Origin: a virus
Strand: one strand, 5' to 3'
DNA: 64,000 nucleotides
IMG/VR virus record: IMGVR_UViG_3300009129_001478
Span: 33,632 to 97,631 of that record
Position numbers and translations under genes: made by a program. Below are positions 1 through 8,388 of the stretch, piece by piece. A model generated the notes under the pieces. The model saw only the letters and a list, made by a program, of their open reading frames with translations, was not told the origin of the DNA and made no database searches. Position 1 is the first letter of the stretch. The number at the start of each line of letters is the position of its first letter.

Positions 1-2
1 AT

Positions 3-683
3 CTTCTTGAATTCATAGCGGAACATAATCGTTTTCTAGAGCTTTGGGAGAAAGACTTGATAAATATTGTTTCGGCTGAATCATCTTATTTTGTCCCGCA
101 GGCATTGACCAAAATTATGAATGAGGGCTGGGCAGTTCTTATCCACGAAAAAATAGTTAAAAGTTTGGATATGCCAGATGATTACCACTTGGCTTTTATT
201 CGTTTACATAATCAAGTAATTCGCCCCCATTTAGGACGAGTAAACCCCTACCACTTAGGTTATAAAATATTTCGTCACATTGAGGAGAAATATGGGTTTG
301 ATGAATGTTTGCGCGCAAGGGAAACTCACAATGATGAAACTTTTATAAAATCTTATTTTGATCTTGAAATGTGTAAAGATTTGAATTTATTTACCTATTC
401 TATGGATCAGAGAGAGGGAGCAACAAAAATTAGAGATGTATCCGGGGAAGATAGTTGGAGAACTATTCGCGACGAGCTAATTAAGAATGTAGGACTTAAT
501 GCTGTTCCGGTTATCGTCGTAAAGGAATTGTTAAAGGATGGTACACTAATACTTGAACACGAACACGACGGGAGAGATCTGGAGTTGTCAGAAGCTAATA
601 AAGTTTTTGGACATATCAATGAACTCTGGTCCGGTAATATAAAGTTTACTACAATTATTGAAGACGAAACTTGGGAGTTTTGA
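3..683 (+). CDS. spoVR: SpoVR/YcgB family protein (5'-truncated by window edge)
   Basis: Frame is open from nt 3 (LLEFIAEHNRFLELWEKDLIN...). SpoVR motifs YFVPQALTKIMNEGWA, NPYHLG, HNDETFI, LEHEHDGRDL. Directly upstream of prkA. Confidence 0.92.
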   Translation, partial: LLEFIAEHNRFLELWEKDLINIVSAESSYFVPQALTKIMNEGWAVLIHEKIVKSLDMPDDYHLAFIRLHNQVIRPHLGRVNPYHLGYKIFRHIEEKYGFDECLRARETHNDETFIKSYFDLEMCKDLNLFTYSMDQREGATKIRDVSGEDSWRTIRDELIKNVGLNAVPVIVVKELLKDGTLILEHEHDGRDLELSEANKVFGHINELWSGNIKFTTIIEDETWEF

Positions 684-689
684 TCCACC

Positions 690-2633
690 ATGGCAAAAGA
701 AAATAAATCTGGAAAGTTTTTGAAGCTGGTTGAAAAACACCGGGAGAAAAAATCAGTTGATAAATTTCAAGGCACTTTAGAGGAATACCTCAAGCTAATT
801 GAAGCAGACCCATCTATACCCATATTATCACACAAAAGGCTATATGATGTTCTTTCTGGAAATGGTATTACTAGAATGTCTAAATCTGATTCACGCTGCA
901 ATAAATTATTCAGTGGCGAGGAAATTAGGACTTATGATTATTTCCAATCAAAATTCTTTGGAATGGAAAGATCGTTAGCTAAAATTATGAGATTTTTACG
1001 GTCAGCTTCCCTGAAGGGAGAAGAGAGCCGCCAGGTATTATTACTTCTAGGTCCTGTTGGTGCCGGCAAATCTGCCCTAATGGAGCACATAAAATCAGCC
1101 CTGGAACAATGTGATCCTATGTATCATATTGAAGGTTGTCCAATCCATGAAGAACCTCTTCATTTGATTCCCCGCTCCTTGAGGGAAGAATTTCAAAGTA
1201 TTTATAATATAAAAATAGAAGGTGATTTATGTCCAGTATGCCGGCATCGCCTAAAAGAAAAATTCAATAATGACTATACAACAATGCCAATAGCCCAGTC
1301 TTCGTTTTCAGTTCGTGGGCGGCGAGGTGTAGGCGTTGTCCCACCGATGGATGCCAATAGTCAGGATGTTACAATTTTAGTTGGTAGTGAGGACATTTCT
1401 AAGTTAGATTTATATTCTGAAGATGATCCGCGAGTTTTATCTCTAAATGGTGCCTTCAATGTTGGTAATCGTGGTATTGTAGAGTTTGTTGAGGTTTTCA
1501 AAAATGAGATTGAATTTCTTCACACTATGATCACAGCAACACAAGAAAAGGCTGTACCATCACCAGGCAAAGGTCCTATGATTTATTTTGATGGCGTTAT
1601 CCTGGCTCACTGTAATGAGGCTGAGTGGAACAAATTCAAGTCGGAAAATACGAATGAAGCCATTCTTGATCGTATTGTTCGTGTAAATGTACCCTATTGT
1701 TTGGAGGTTTCTGAAGAGCAAAAGATTTATGAAAAAATGCTAGGACTGTCTGACTTTGATGGTCATATCGCCCCTCATACACTTGAGATTGCTAGTATGT
1801 TTGCCGTTCTAAGTCGTCTGCATCCATCTAATAAGGTTGACCCACTGACAAAGATGAAGCTTTATGACGGCGAAGAGGTAATTGAAAAAGGACATGTCAA
1901 AAAAATAGATATTAAAGATCTTAGAGATGAAACCAGAGATGAAGGGATGACAGGAATTTCTACAAGATTCATTATGAAAGCTATTGATTCGTCTCTATCA
2001 GATAGTGATAAAAATATGGTAACTCCTATCTCTATCCGAGATGCACTCATTAAGCAAGTCAAGGATCAGATTGTAGTAGAGGATGACAGAAACCGTTATC
2101 TTGATTTTTTAGGTAAGACTTTACATGATGAATATTTGAATATTCTAGAGAAGGAAATAACCAAAGCTTTTGTATCTGCCTATGATGAACAAGCAGAAGC
2201 TCTTTTCAACAATTATTTAGATCATGCAGAGGCATATGTGAATATGACCACGGTCAAAGATGTTGTAACAAATGAAGAAATTTCTCCCGACGAACCATTC
2301 ATGGTTTCTATTGAGGAACAAATCGCAATTGTTGGCACAGCCAAAGAAAACTTCAGAGTTGATATTACTGCCTTCATGTTTTCAAAGCTCCGCCGCGGAG
2401 AAAAAGTAGACTGGAAGAGTTATGCTCCTCTAAAAGAAGCCATTGAGAGTAAATTAACATCCTCAGTAAAAGAAATATCTCGCATTGTTACCAAATCTAA
2501 GAGTCGCGATAAAAAACAACAAGGAAAATATAACGAAATGGTTAAAACTCTGATGGATGAATATGGATATAATGAAGATTCAGCCGAAGAAGTAATCAAG
2601 TTTGCTGCAAATAATCTGTGGAGAGATAGCTAA
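690..2633 (+). CDS. prkA: PrkA/YeaG AAA+ serine protein kinase
   Basis: Walker A GPVGAGKS, GCPIHEEPL, GDLCPVC, NRGIVEFVEVFK, NEAILDRI, EGMTGISTRF, C-terminal YGYNEDSA; 647 aa, typical length. Confidence 0.95.
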   Translation: MAKENKSGKFLKLVEKHREKKSVDKFQGTLEEYLKLIEADPSIPILSHKRLYDVLSGNGITRMSKSDSRCNKLFSGEEIRTYDYFQSKFFGMERSLAKIMRFLRSASLKGEESRQVLLLLGPVGAGKSALMEHIKSALEQCDPMYHIEGCPIHEEPLHLIPRSLREEFQSIYNIKIEGDLCPVCRHRLKEKFNNDYTTMPIAQSSFSVRGRRGVGVVPPMDANSQDVTILVGSEDISKLDLYSEDDPRVLSLNGAFNVGNRGIVEFVEVFKNEIEFLHTMITATQEKAVPSPGKGPMIYFDGVILAHCNEAEWNKFKSENTNEAILDRIVRVNVPYCLEVSEEQKIYEKMLGLSDFDGHIAPHTLEIASMFAVLSRLHPSNKVDPLTKMKLYDGEEVIEKGHVKKIDIKDLRDETRDEGMTGISTRFIMKAIDSSLSDSDKNMVTPISIRDALIKQVKDQIVVEDDRNRYLDFLGKTLHDEYLNILEKEITKAFVSAYDEQAEALFNNYLDHAEAYVNMTTVKDVVTNEEISPDEPFMVSIEEQIAIVGTAKENFRVDITAFMFSKLRRGEKVDWKSYAPLKEAIESKLTSSVKEISRIVTKSKSRDKKQQGKYNEMVKTLMDEYGYNEDSAEEVIKFAANNLWRDS

Positions 2634-2642
2634 GGCAACAAG

Positions 2643-3620
2643 ATGTCTAATTTTGCAGACAAGATTAAAACTCTCAGAGATTTTGTCGGGAATACTCCAT
2701 TAATCAAAATTATAGTAGATGTTGCCGGCAAAAATGTAGTAATTTATGCCAAATATGAAGCTTGGAGCTTCTCTGGAAGCATAAAAGACCGCATGGCCTT
2801 ACAAATATTGCAAAGTGCAGAGAATTTATCACAATTTCACGAAGGTGATACCATAATAGAGGCTACGAGTGGCAATACTGGGATTGCTTTTGCTGCGATG
2901 GGAGCTTATTTGGGGAGTGAGGTTCATATTTACATGCCAAATTGGCTTTCTGAAGAGAGAAAATCTCTTTTAAGATTTTACGGGGCAAAATTGCACGAAA
3001 TAAGCGAAAAAGATGGTGGATTTCTTAAATGTATAGAGCTAGCATCCAAAAAAAGTGAAAAAAAGGGCTTTTTCGGACCAAAACAGTTTACTAATGCATG
3101 GAATGTGTTTTCGCACATGAATTCAACAGCACCTGAACTCCATAAATGCCTTAGCGAACAAAACTTGCCTAAACTCGGCGCTTTTGTTGCAGGAGTCGGC
3201 ACTGGGGGTACTATTATGGGTTTTCATCACTATTTCAACGACAGGGATGGTGATTTTACTGCTTTTCCGGTGTTTCCAGAGAATAATATTGACAGGGGAC
3301 ATAGAATTGAGGGTATAGGGGACAGTTTTATTCCCAAGATTTTAAATTTAGATGAATTGGGTAAAATTATAAGAGTAAAAGACTCGGATGCTATAAATGT
3401 TGCAAGACAAATGAATAAACTAGGACTATCAGTAGGTATTTCATCAGGTGCTAATGTATTTGCAGCCGCGCTGAAAGCTTCAGAACTTCAAAATAACCTG
3501 ACCGTCGCGACGGTTCTATGTGATGATAATAAGAAATACCTTTCTACTGATTTGTGTTCTGATAGTGTTGAGGAACTCTCAAGCGAAATAAAAATCAAAG
3601 ATTTTATAAGGATTACTTGA
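2643..3620 (+). CDS. cysK: Cysteine synthase (PLP-dependent O-acetylserine sulfhydrylase)
   Basis: VGNTPL, SGSIKDR (PLP lysine), EATSGNTG, GVGTGGT, HRIEGIG, GISSGAN, KYLST. Confidence 0.92.
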   Translation: MSNFADKIKTLRDFVGNTPLIKIIVDVAGKNVVIYAKYEAWSFSGSIKDRMALQILQSAENLSQFHEGDTIIEATSGNTGIAFAAMGAYLGSEVHIYMPNWLSEERKSLLRFYGAKLHEISEKDGGFLKCIELASKKSEKKGFFGPKQFTNAWNVFSHMNSTAPELHKCLSEQNLPKLGAFVAGVGTGGTIMGFHHYFNDRDGDFTAFPVFPENNIDRGHRIEGIGDSFIPKILNLDELGKIIRVKDSDAINVARQMNKLGLSVGISSGANVFAAALKASELQNNLTVATVLCDDNKKYLSTDLCSDSVEELSSEIKIKDFIRIT

Positions 3621-3644
3621 CTTTCTCGGGAATGATGATAATAT
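3617..3644 (+). promoter_or_regulatory. sigma70-type promoter (TTGACT-N13-TGn-TAATAT)
   Basis: -35 TTGACT 3617-3622, extended -10 TGA-TAATAT 3636-3644; same geometry as the sites at 5231 and 5765. Confidence 0.6.
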
Positions 3645-3666
3645 GTATTAGTAAGAGGGTCTGATA

Positions 3667-4050
3667 TTGTCCAGCACAAGTGAAGATATCTTACAGAAAC
3701 TTAAAGGAGTCTTAGAAGATGCTCTCGGAGACCCCAGGGATTTCCAGTTGGGCGAATATCCCAAAGAGGGGCTCCCTGTTGGTACAATCTCGCGATCAAA
3801 TATTCACAACAGGCTGTGTGTTATTGTAGATGCCTTTTATGGTGACTTGGATGAAGACAATCAAAAAATTATTATCTATACGGTGTTATTGTTTCCCGAG
3901 AGAATCGCCTTTGGTAAAAATAGTTCCCAACTGTCTGAAAATCAATACTACTTATCAAACGAGTATGAATATGATATTATAGGATATCTTATGATCCCTC
4001 CAGTAAACTTAGAAAATTTTTCTCATATATTGGGATCAAGTTTGTTATGA
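3667..4050 (+). CDS. Hypothetical protein
   Basis: 127-aa ORF with TTG start, RBS-like GAGGGT, and ATGA coupling to the next gene. Confidence 0.7.
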   Translation: MSSTSEDILQKLKGVLEDALGDPRDFQLGEYPKEGLPVGTISRSNIHNRLCVIVDAFYGDLDEDNQKIIIYTVLLFPERIAFGKNSSQLSENQYYLSNEYEYDIIGYLMIPPVNLENFSHILGSSLL

Positions 4051-4814
4051 AATTAGAACCAAAAGCTCTTTTGTTTGATATGGATGGTACTCTAACTGTC
4101 CCGCGTCAGCGAATAAGTAATGAAGTTTTAGAAGCTCTCTCCAACACCTCCGTTGGACTCAAGAGACATTTAGTTACCGGCTCCGAGATGGATAAAATTG
4201 ATGAGCAAATTCCTAGTGATATTTTGTTAAAATTGTTTGATAGAGTATACGCATGCAATGGAACGCGCGTATATAATTGTTCACTAGATATGGATGATGA
4301 AACAAAAGCTATTGAGCCAGAACTGATTCATAAAGTTTCTCTAGTTGATCATTATTCGCCGGCTGATCTAAATCATATTGTAAATGTTTTACTGAAGATT
4401 GTTACGGATACACACACGAAGGTTAAGACTGGCACCTTTATTGAATGGCGTGAAAGCCAAATAAATTTCTCTGTGGTTGGCAGAAACTGCTCACAACTTC
4501 AGCGTGAAGATTATGTCAAATGGGACAAAAAAAGCGGAGAAAGAAAAAAGATTGTCAATCAGCTTCGCGAAGAATTTAAGGGCTGGGGTCTGGCCTTCCA
4601 ACTTGGTGGTCAAATTTCTATTGATATTACACGAGAAGGTTGGGATAAAAGCTATGCATTTGAAAACATGATTGAGACACCCGATCAGTGCGTATTTTTT
4701 GGCGACAAGATTTGCAAAGATGGTAATGATTTAGATATTGCTATGAAATCAGCAGCCTATCACGATATTCAAGGACCTGCCGAACTAATTTTGGCTCTAC
4801 AGGAGTATAGATGA
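4047..4814 (+). CDS. pmm: Eukaryote-type phosphomannomutase (HAD IIB)
   Basis: HAD motif I FDMDGTLT, GTFIEWR, INFSVVGR, GGQISID, GWDKSY, FFGDK..DGND. Confidence 0.9.
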   Translation: MKLEPKALLFDMDGTLTVPRQRISNEVLEALSNTSVGLKRHLVTGSEMDKIDEQIPSDILLKLFDRVYACNGTRVYNCSLDMDDETKAIEPELIHKVSLVDHYSPADLNHIVNVLLKIVTDTHTKVKTGTFIEWRESQINFSVVGRNCSQLQREDYVKWDKKSGERKKIVNQLREEFKGWGLAFQLGGQISIDITREGWDKSYAFENMIETPDQCVFFGDKICKDGNDLDIAMKSAAYHDIQGPAELILALQEYR

Positions 4815-5005
4815 GTGATCCCATCAATTACGCTACTGGTTGGTATTCTATTAGCCCTGCTTTTGCCTGGTGGAGGTCTAATGTTCATCGCGTGGATCCG
4901 CTCAAAGCGCGCCGAAAAGCAGCGAGAGTTGTTGAAGAAATTAAACAAAAAGAGAAAGCTAACTCTGCAAAAATTGCAGAGGGAACAATTGATATATATG
5001 CGTAG
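4811..5005 (+). CDS. Small hypothetical protein (alternative overlapping frame 4815-5042 also plausible)
   Basis: ATGA overlap with the pmm stop; 64 aa ending GTIDIYA. Confidence 0.5.
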   Translation: MSDPINYATGWYSISPAFAWWRSNVHRVDPLKARRKAARVVEEIKQKEKANSAKIAEGTIDIYA

Positions 5006-5038
5006 TAAACAAAACAAGCATTCAAGAAGGGATAAAAA

Positions 5039-5218
5039 ATGAATTGCTTTCAAATTGAAGTCCGCGGCGTAACCTTTACCATTTGGGCCCCCACTCTGCG
5101 TGAAGCTGTGGAGACCTTTATGATTGATATGGATTTTTTTGAAGTCCCCAAGGATATGGTGACCTGTGCTCCTATTCCTTCGTCTAATATGTTCCCACCA
5201 GAAGTTACTGGTTTTTAA
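5039..5218 (+). CDS. Small hypothetical protein (59 aa, MNCFQIEVRG...)
   Basis: Read manually; below the ORF-track cut-off; AAGGGA RBS upstream. Confidence 0.55.
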   Translation: MNCFQIEVRGVTFTIWAPTLREAVETFMIDMDFFEVPKDMVTCAPIPSSNMFPPEVTGF

Positions 5219-5230
5219 TTCATTTTTTTC

Positions 5231-5258
5231 TTGACTTCCCAGCAGACCATGATATTAT
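5231..5258 (+). promoter_or_regulatory. sigma70-type early promoter
   Basis: TTGACT-N13-TGA-TATTAT upstream of the RBS AAGGGAG and ORF 5280. Confidence 0.7.
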
Positions 5259-5279
5259 GGTGTTGTAAGGGAGAGAAAT

Positions 5280-5759
5280 ATGAAGCTTCAAGCTGCCATC
5301 AAAAAGATCAAGAACCGAGCCAAAGTGGTTGGACTAGATGTTGATATCCAAGAGCATAAACGCTCGCACGATTCACTCTTCTCCATTCGCTTTGAGAACT
5401 CTAACCAAGTTATCAGCTTTTATAACCAGCGTAACGGCGCGGACGATGTTAATCTCATCAAAGTTACACGAGACGGCGACTATAGTGACCCGCAGTCGGA
5501 TTACTTTGCCGGGTCCTTTGTAGATAACATTACGCAGGCTCTGAATTGGGTTGCTCCTCTGCCGGCAAAATATCCTGTCGGCTCGCTGGTTCGTTTCAAG
5601 GGCAATAAGCGAAATGACCGTGCCAGGCTCGCCGGCAAAATTGGACTTGTTATAGAAGCTCAATCGGGCGGAACCTACAAAATCAATGTAATAGAAAATA
5701 GGTCATCGCCGCGTTACGATCCTTACTACTCTGAACGAGACCTAGAAAAAGTTTCATAA
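5280..5759 (+). CDS. Hypothetical early protein (C-terminal SH3/KOW-like segment)
   Basis: 159 aa; own promoter and RBS; YPVGSLVRF...GKIGLVIE pattern. Confidence 0.75.
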   Translation: MKLQAAIKKIKNRAKVVGLDVDIQEHKRSHDSLFSIRFENSNQVISFYNQRNGADDVNLIKVTRDGDYSDPQSDYFAGSFVDNITQALNWVAPLPAKYPVGSLVRFKGNKRNDRARLAGKIGLVIEAQSGGTYKINVIENRSSPRYDPYYSERDLEKVS

Positions 5760-5764
5760 ATAAC

Positions 5765-5792
5765 TTGACCTATCTCGTGTCCGTGTTATTAT
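5765..5792 (+). promoter_or_regulatory. sigma70-type early promoter
   Basis: TTGACC-N13-TGT-TATTAT upstream of ORF 5812. Confidence 0.7.
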
Positions 5793-5811
5793 AGGTTATA
5801 AGGGGCTAGCA

Positions 5812-6129
5812 ATGGCTGAATCAAATCCCGAAGTTGAATTCCACCTTGAAGGTTTTCTAAAGGATTGCCAGCAAATGTTGGAAGAGCACTACTCTGAGAA
5901 GTATGCCAACCTTAAAGTCCCTGAAGTGGATTTCAAAGAGGGTGGAAAGTATTACAAAGTCTTCAAAAATGAAGGTCTCCGAGGAAGTGCTTATGTTTGG
6001 TTCTTCGTCGGCAAAGAGGACGGCTTGATTTGGAAGGCTGCCTCTTGGAAAGCTCCCGCTAAGAACTTCCCTCGTGGAAATATTCTGACAGACAACGCCA
6101 AAGATGTAATTGGCATTTACGGATTATAA
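5812..6129 (+). CDS. Conserved phage hypothetical protein (KxASWKAPAK motif)
   Basis: GGKYYKV...FFVGKEDGLIWKAASWKAPAKNFPRGNI; I recognise this motif from uncharacterised myophage proteins. Confidence 0.8.
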   Translation: MAESNPEVEFHLEGFLKDCQQMLEEHYSEKYANLKVPEVDFKEGGKYYKVFKNEGLRGSAYVWFFVGKEDGLIWKAASWKAPAKNFPRGNILTDNAKDVIGIYGL

Positions 6130-6246
6130 ATGACTGACAAAGAAAAACAAGACAGAGATGATCTAGTTGACCGAGTAATGGCTATTGCTCGTGATCTAAA
6201 ACTTCAAGCTGATAAAGAAATTGCAGAGGCAGAGGAGGAAAAATGA
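6130..6246 (+). CDS. Small acidic hypothetical protein (38 aa)
   Basis: MTDKEKQDRDDLVDRVMAIARDLKLQADKEIAEAEEEK; abuts the upstream stop and is ATGA-coupled to the next gene. Confidence 0.55.
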   Translation: MTDKEKQDRDDLVDRVMAIARDLKLQADKEIAEAEEEK

Positions 6247-6455
6247 GAAACATTTTTATTGCAATTATTTTAGTGGCGGGCGTAGGTTGCTCGCATAGTC
6301 AAAATGCTTCCGTTCGCATCCAAAAGGGCGATACCCTCAGTGAACTCGCGGTAAAACATAAGATCAATAGGAAAAAGCTTAGGAAGCTTAACCCTCAGAT
6401 CAAAAACCCCAATGTTATTATCGCCGGGAAAAACCTTAGACTCCGCGCGAAGTAG
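6243..6455 (+). CDS. LysM-domain lipoprotein
   Basis: Signal peptide with lipobox-like GVGC; LysM pattern IQKGDTLSELA...LRKLNPQIKNPNVIIAGKNLRL. Confidence 0.88.
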   Translation: MRNIFIAIILVAGVGCSHSQNASVRIQKGDTLSELAVKHKINRKKLRKLNPQIKNPNVIIAGKNLRLRAK

Positions 6456-6465
6456 GAAAAAGAAA

Positions 6466-6762
6466 ATGACCAATCCAAAGCCAGGCAAGACTGGGTGGTT
6501 GACCTTGCAGGAATTTGACCACGAAACTTTTATCCAGTGGTTTATTTCAGAATCACAAGCCGGCAGAATGTCACCAGAGCGTCTAAATGAAGCAAGTTGG
6601 GGAGTAAGTCCCCAGTTTCTGATCAACGCCTCTTTTGATGCTGAGGCTGCGGAACAGGCAACGTGGATGAAGCCTCTATTGTTCTTGGTTGGTGTTGCTA
6701 CGGGAATGATTGGTGGAGCACTTTTGAGTTTAGAAACACCTATTTATTGGCTAAGTTTTTAG
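6466..6762 (+). CDS. Hypothetical membrane protein
   Basis: ATG at 6466 after AGGA; C-terminal hydrophobic helix. Confidence 0.65.
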   Translation: MTNPKPGKTGWLTLQEFDHETFIQWFISESQAGRMSPERLNEASWGVSPQFLINASFDAEAAEQATWMKPLLFLVGVATGMIGGALLSLETPIYWLSF

Positions 6763-6766
6763 AATT

Positions 6767-6904
6767 ATGAATTCATTTTTACACACTCTTTTCGGACTTT
6801 CGTTTGTTGGCGGATCTATGTATTTGCTTTATACAGCGATTATAAGGGAAAGAAAAAGGAGAATCACAATGAAACAGGAGATTGCCAAAACCCGACGACG
6901 ATAA
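6767..6904 (+). CDS. Small membrane protein (45 aa)
   Basis: MNSFLHTLFGLSFVGGSMYLLYTAIIRERKRR...; TM helix plus basic tail; read manually. Confidence 0.5.
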   Translation: MNSFLHTLFGLSFVGGSMYLLYTAIIRERKRRITMKQEIAKTRRR

Positions 6905-6911
6905 GTGTCAA

Positions 6912-7069
6912 GGGTCAACCTAGGCCGATCTGGCAGGCGGCAAGAATAGCCAGCGTCCCTACCTACAGTACCCACATACCTTGGAAGAGTTGCGTGTGGA
7001 AGACGGTTTGTAGGGTTAGATATACTACAAATAGGAATCCCGTAATCGTTCGGGTGAAAACTCTTCAAA
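6912..7069 (+). ncRNA. Putative structured non-coding RNA(s): imperfect hairpin 6912-6973 and cloverleaf-like fold 6984-7066
   Basis: Intergenic. Complementary pairs GAAGAGTT/AACTCTTC, TTTGTAG/CTACAAA, CCCG/CGGG, CGT/ACG, CTGGC/GCCAG, GGGT/ACCC. Immediately 5' of tRNA-Lys. Confidence 0.45.
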
Positions 7070-7073
7070 TTAT

Positions 7074-7146
7074 AGGGACATAGCTCAGTTGGTAGAGCAA
7101 CAGACTTTTAATCTGATGGTCGTGGGTTCAATCCCCACTGTCCCCA
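7074..7146 (+). tRNA. trnK: tRNA-Lys (UUU)
   Basis: Cloverleaf, anticodon loop CTTTTAA, T-loop TTCAATC; A1:C72 and A27:A43 mismatches; no encoded CCA. Confidence 0.9.
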
Positions 7147-7160
7147 CAACAGGAATGACA

Positions 7161-7769
7161 ATGATTAAAGTACTCGGAAAGTTGCCAAGAGAATTAGCCG
7201 TCGCCGTCAGCGGCGGTCCAGATTCCATGGCTATTCTAGACTTCTTAAGTAATAATCATGATGTGACCGCTGTCTATTTTGACCACGGCACAGACTTCGG
7301 GCGGAAATGTAAAAGATTTGTAAAGAACTTTTGCGATAGTAAAGAAATTCCCGTTATTATCGGCATAAATTATAACGGTCGCGACCGCCAGAAATCACAA
7401 GAAGAACACTGGCGAGATGAGCGCTATAAATTCTTTCACAGCTTTGACATGCCAGTTGTTTCTGGTCACAATTTAGACGATGTGATAGAGTGGTATTTGT
7501 TCTCTTCAATTAACGGACATGGGAAAGTTATCCCCTACAACAATAAAAACGTTATTAGACCGTTTATCTCTACTTCTAAACGAACGCTGGAAAGCTGGTG
7601 TAACAAAAAGGAAATACCATTCTTAGTAGATCCTGCCAACATTGATAGAAAATTTATGAGAAGTATTATCAGACATGATATTATACCACATGCCCGATTA
7701 ATAAACCCAGGAATGGAAAAAACATTCCGTAAGCTTGTAGAGAAGGAATATGAGAATGTGTGTTCATGA
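7161..7769 (+). CDS. tilS: tRNA(Ile)-lysidine synthetase TilS, catalytic domain only
   Basis: PP-loop AVSGGPDSMA, RDERYKFF, GHNLDD, IRPF, DPAN...RSIIRH; AGGA RBS before ATG 7161. The ORF-track start at 7089 lies inside the tRNA. Confidence 0.88.
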   Translation: MIKVLGKLPRELAVAVSGGPDSMAILDFLSNNHDVTAVYFDHGTDFGRKCKRFVKNFCDSKEIPVIIGINYNGRDRQKSQEEHWRDERYKFFHSFDMPVVSGHNLDDVIEWYLFSSINGHGKVIPYNNKNVIRPFISTSKRTLESWCNKKEIPFLVDPANIDRKFMRSIIRHDIIPHARLINPGMEKTFRKLVEKEYENVCS

Positions 7770-8367
7770 GAGAATTTTTGAAAATAAGAATCTGAAAGAA
7801 TATATCAACCGCTCGCTTCATAACAATTGGCGAGGCACATATTTTGAAGATTATCCTAGAATGGACCCCAAACAAAAAGGGCACTTTGGTGAAGAATATG
7901 TTGAAGGGTTTATGGAACTGGAATTAGGTGCAGAAGTTGTTGCTCCAACCAACCCTGGGCATGATCGGATTATTGACGGCTACAAAACGGAGATCAAATT
8001 CTCTTTAGCCAATTCAGTTCGGACCAAGGATGGTGATAAACTGATTCAGCCTGATACTTTTACTTTCAATCATATTGCTGCTGAAAAAGATTGGGATCGG
8101 TTTATTTTCTTTGGAATCAACCCATATCACGATCAAGGTAACCAAATCCTTTCAGAAAAAAACAGGATGGAAAAACCCCCACTTATCCGAGCATACTGGA
8201 TGGAAAAGAATGATTTCTTAAACTATATCATTCAAGCTGACCGTAAGCCGTTCCGAAAACAACAAGGCGGAGAGAAATCCAACAACGATGATTATATCGT
8301 CCCAGGGTTGGAAAATTTCTACAAATTGATTGATCTGCCGTTTATCAAAGAGATTAATTCATGGTAG
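7750..8367 (+). CDS. Putative type II restriction endonuclease (PD-(D/E)xK)
   Basis: KGHFGEEYV...GHDRIIDGYKTEIKFS catalytic pattern; directly upstream of a DNA methyltransferase. Confidence 0.65.
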   Translation: MRMCVHERIFENKNLKEYINRSLHNNWRGTYFEDYPRMDPKQKGHFGEEYVEGFMELELGAEVVAPTNPGHDRIIDGYKTEIKFSLANSVRTKDGDKLIQPDTFTFNHIAAEKDWDRFIFFGINPYHDQGNQILSEKNRMEKPPLIRAYWMEKNDFLNYIIQADRKPFRKQQGGEKSNNDDYIVPGLENFYKLIDLPFIKEINSW

Positions 8368-8388
8368 AATACTACTCATGGAGCAACT

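Noticed and set aside
1-5000. Bacterial chromosome or prophage boundary after the metabolic genes
   Set aside because: No integrase or att site seen; composition, gene packing and promoter style appear continuous with the phage genes (not fully excluded without reads).
7007-7031. Cloverleaf-like RNA as an ochre/amber suppressor (TTA in its loop) explaining the lone stops
   Set aside because: TTA is off-centre in an 11-nt loop, and the RNA lacks a T-loop and CCA, so it is unlikely to act as a tRNA.
7089-7160. N-terminal extension of TilS given by the ORF track
   Set aside because: It overlaps tRNA-Lys; the real start is most likely ATG 7161 after AGGA.
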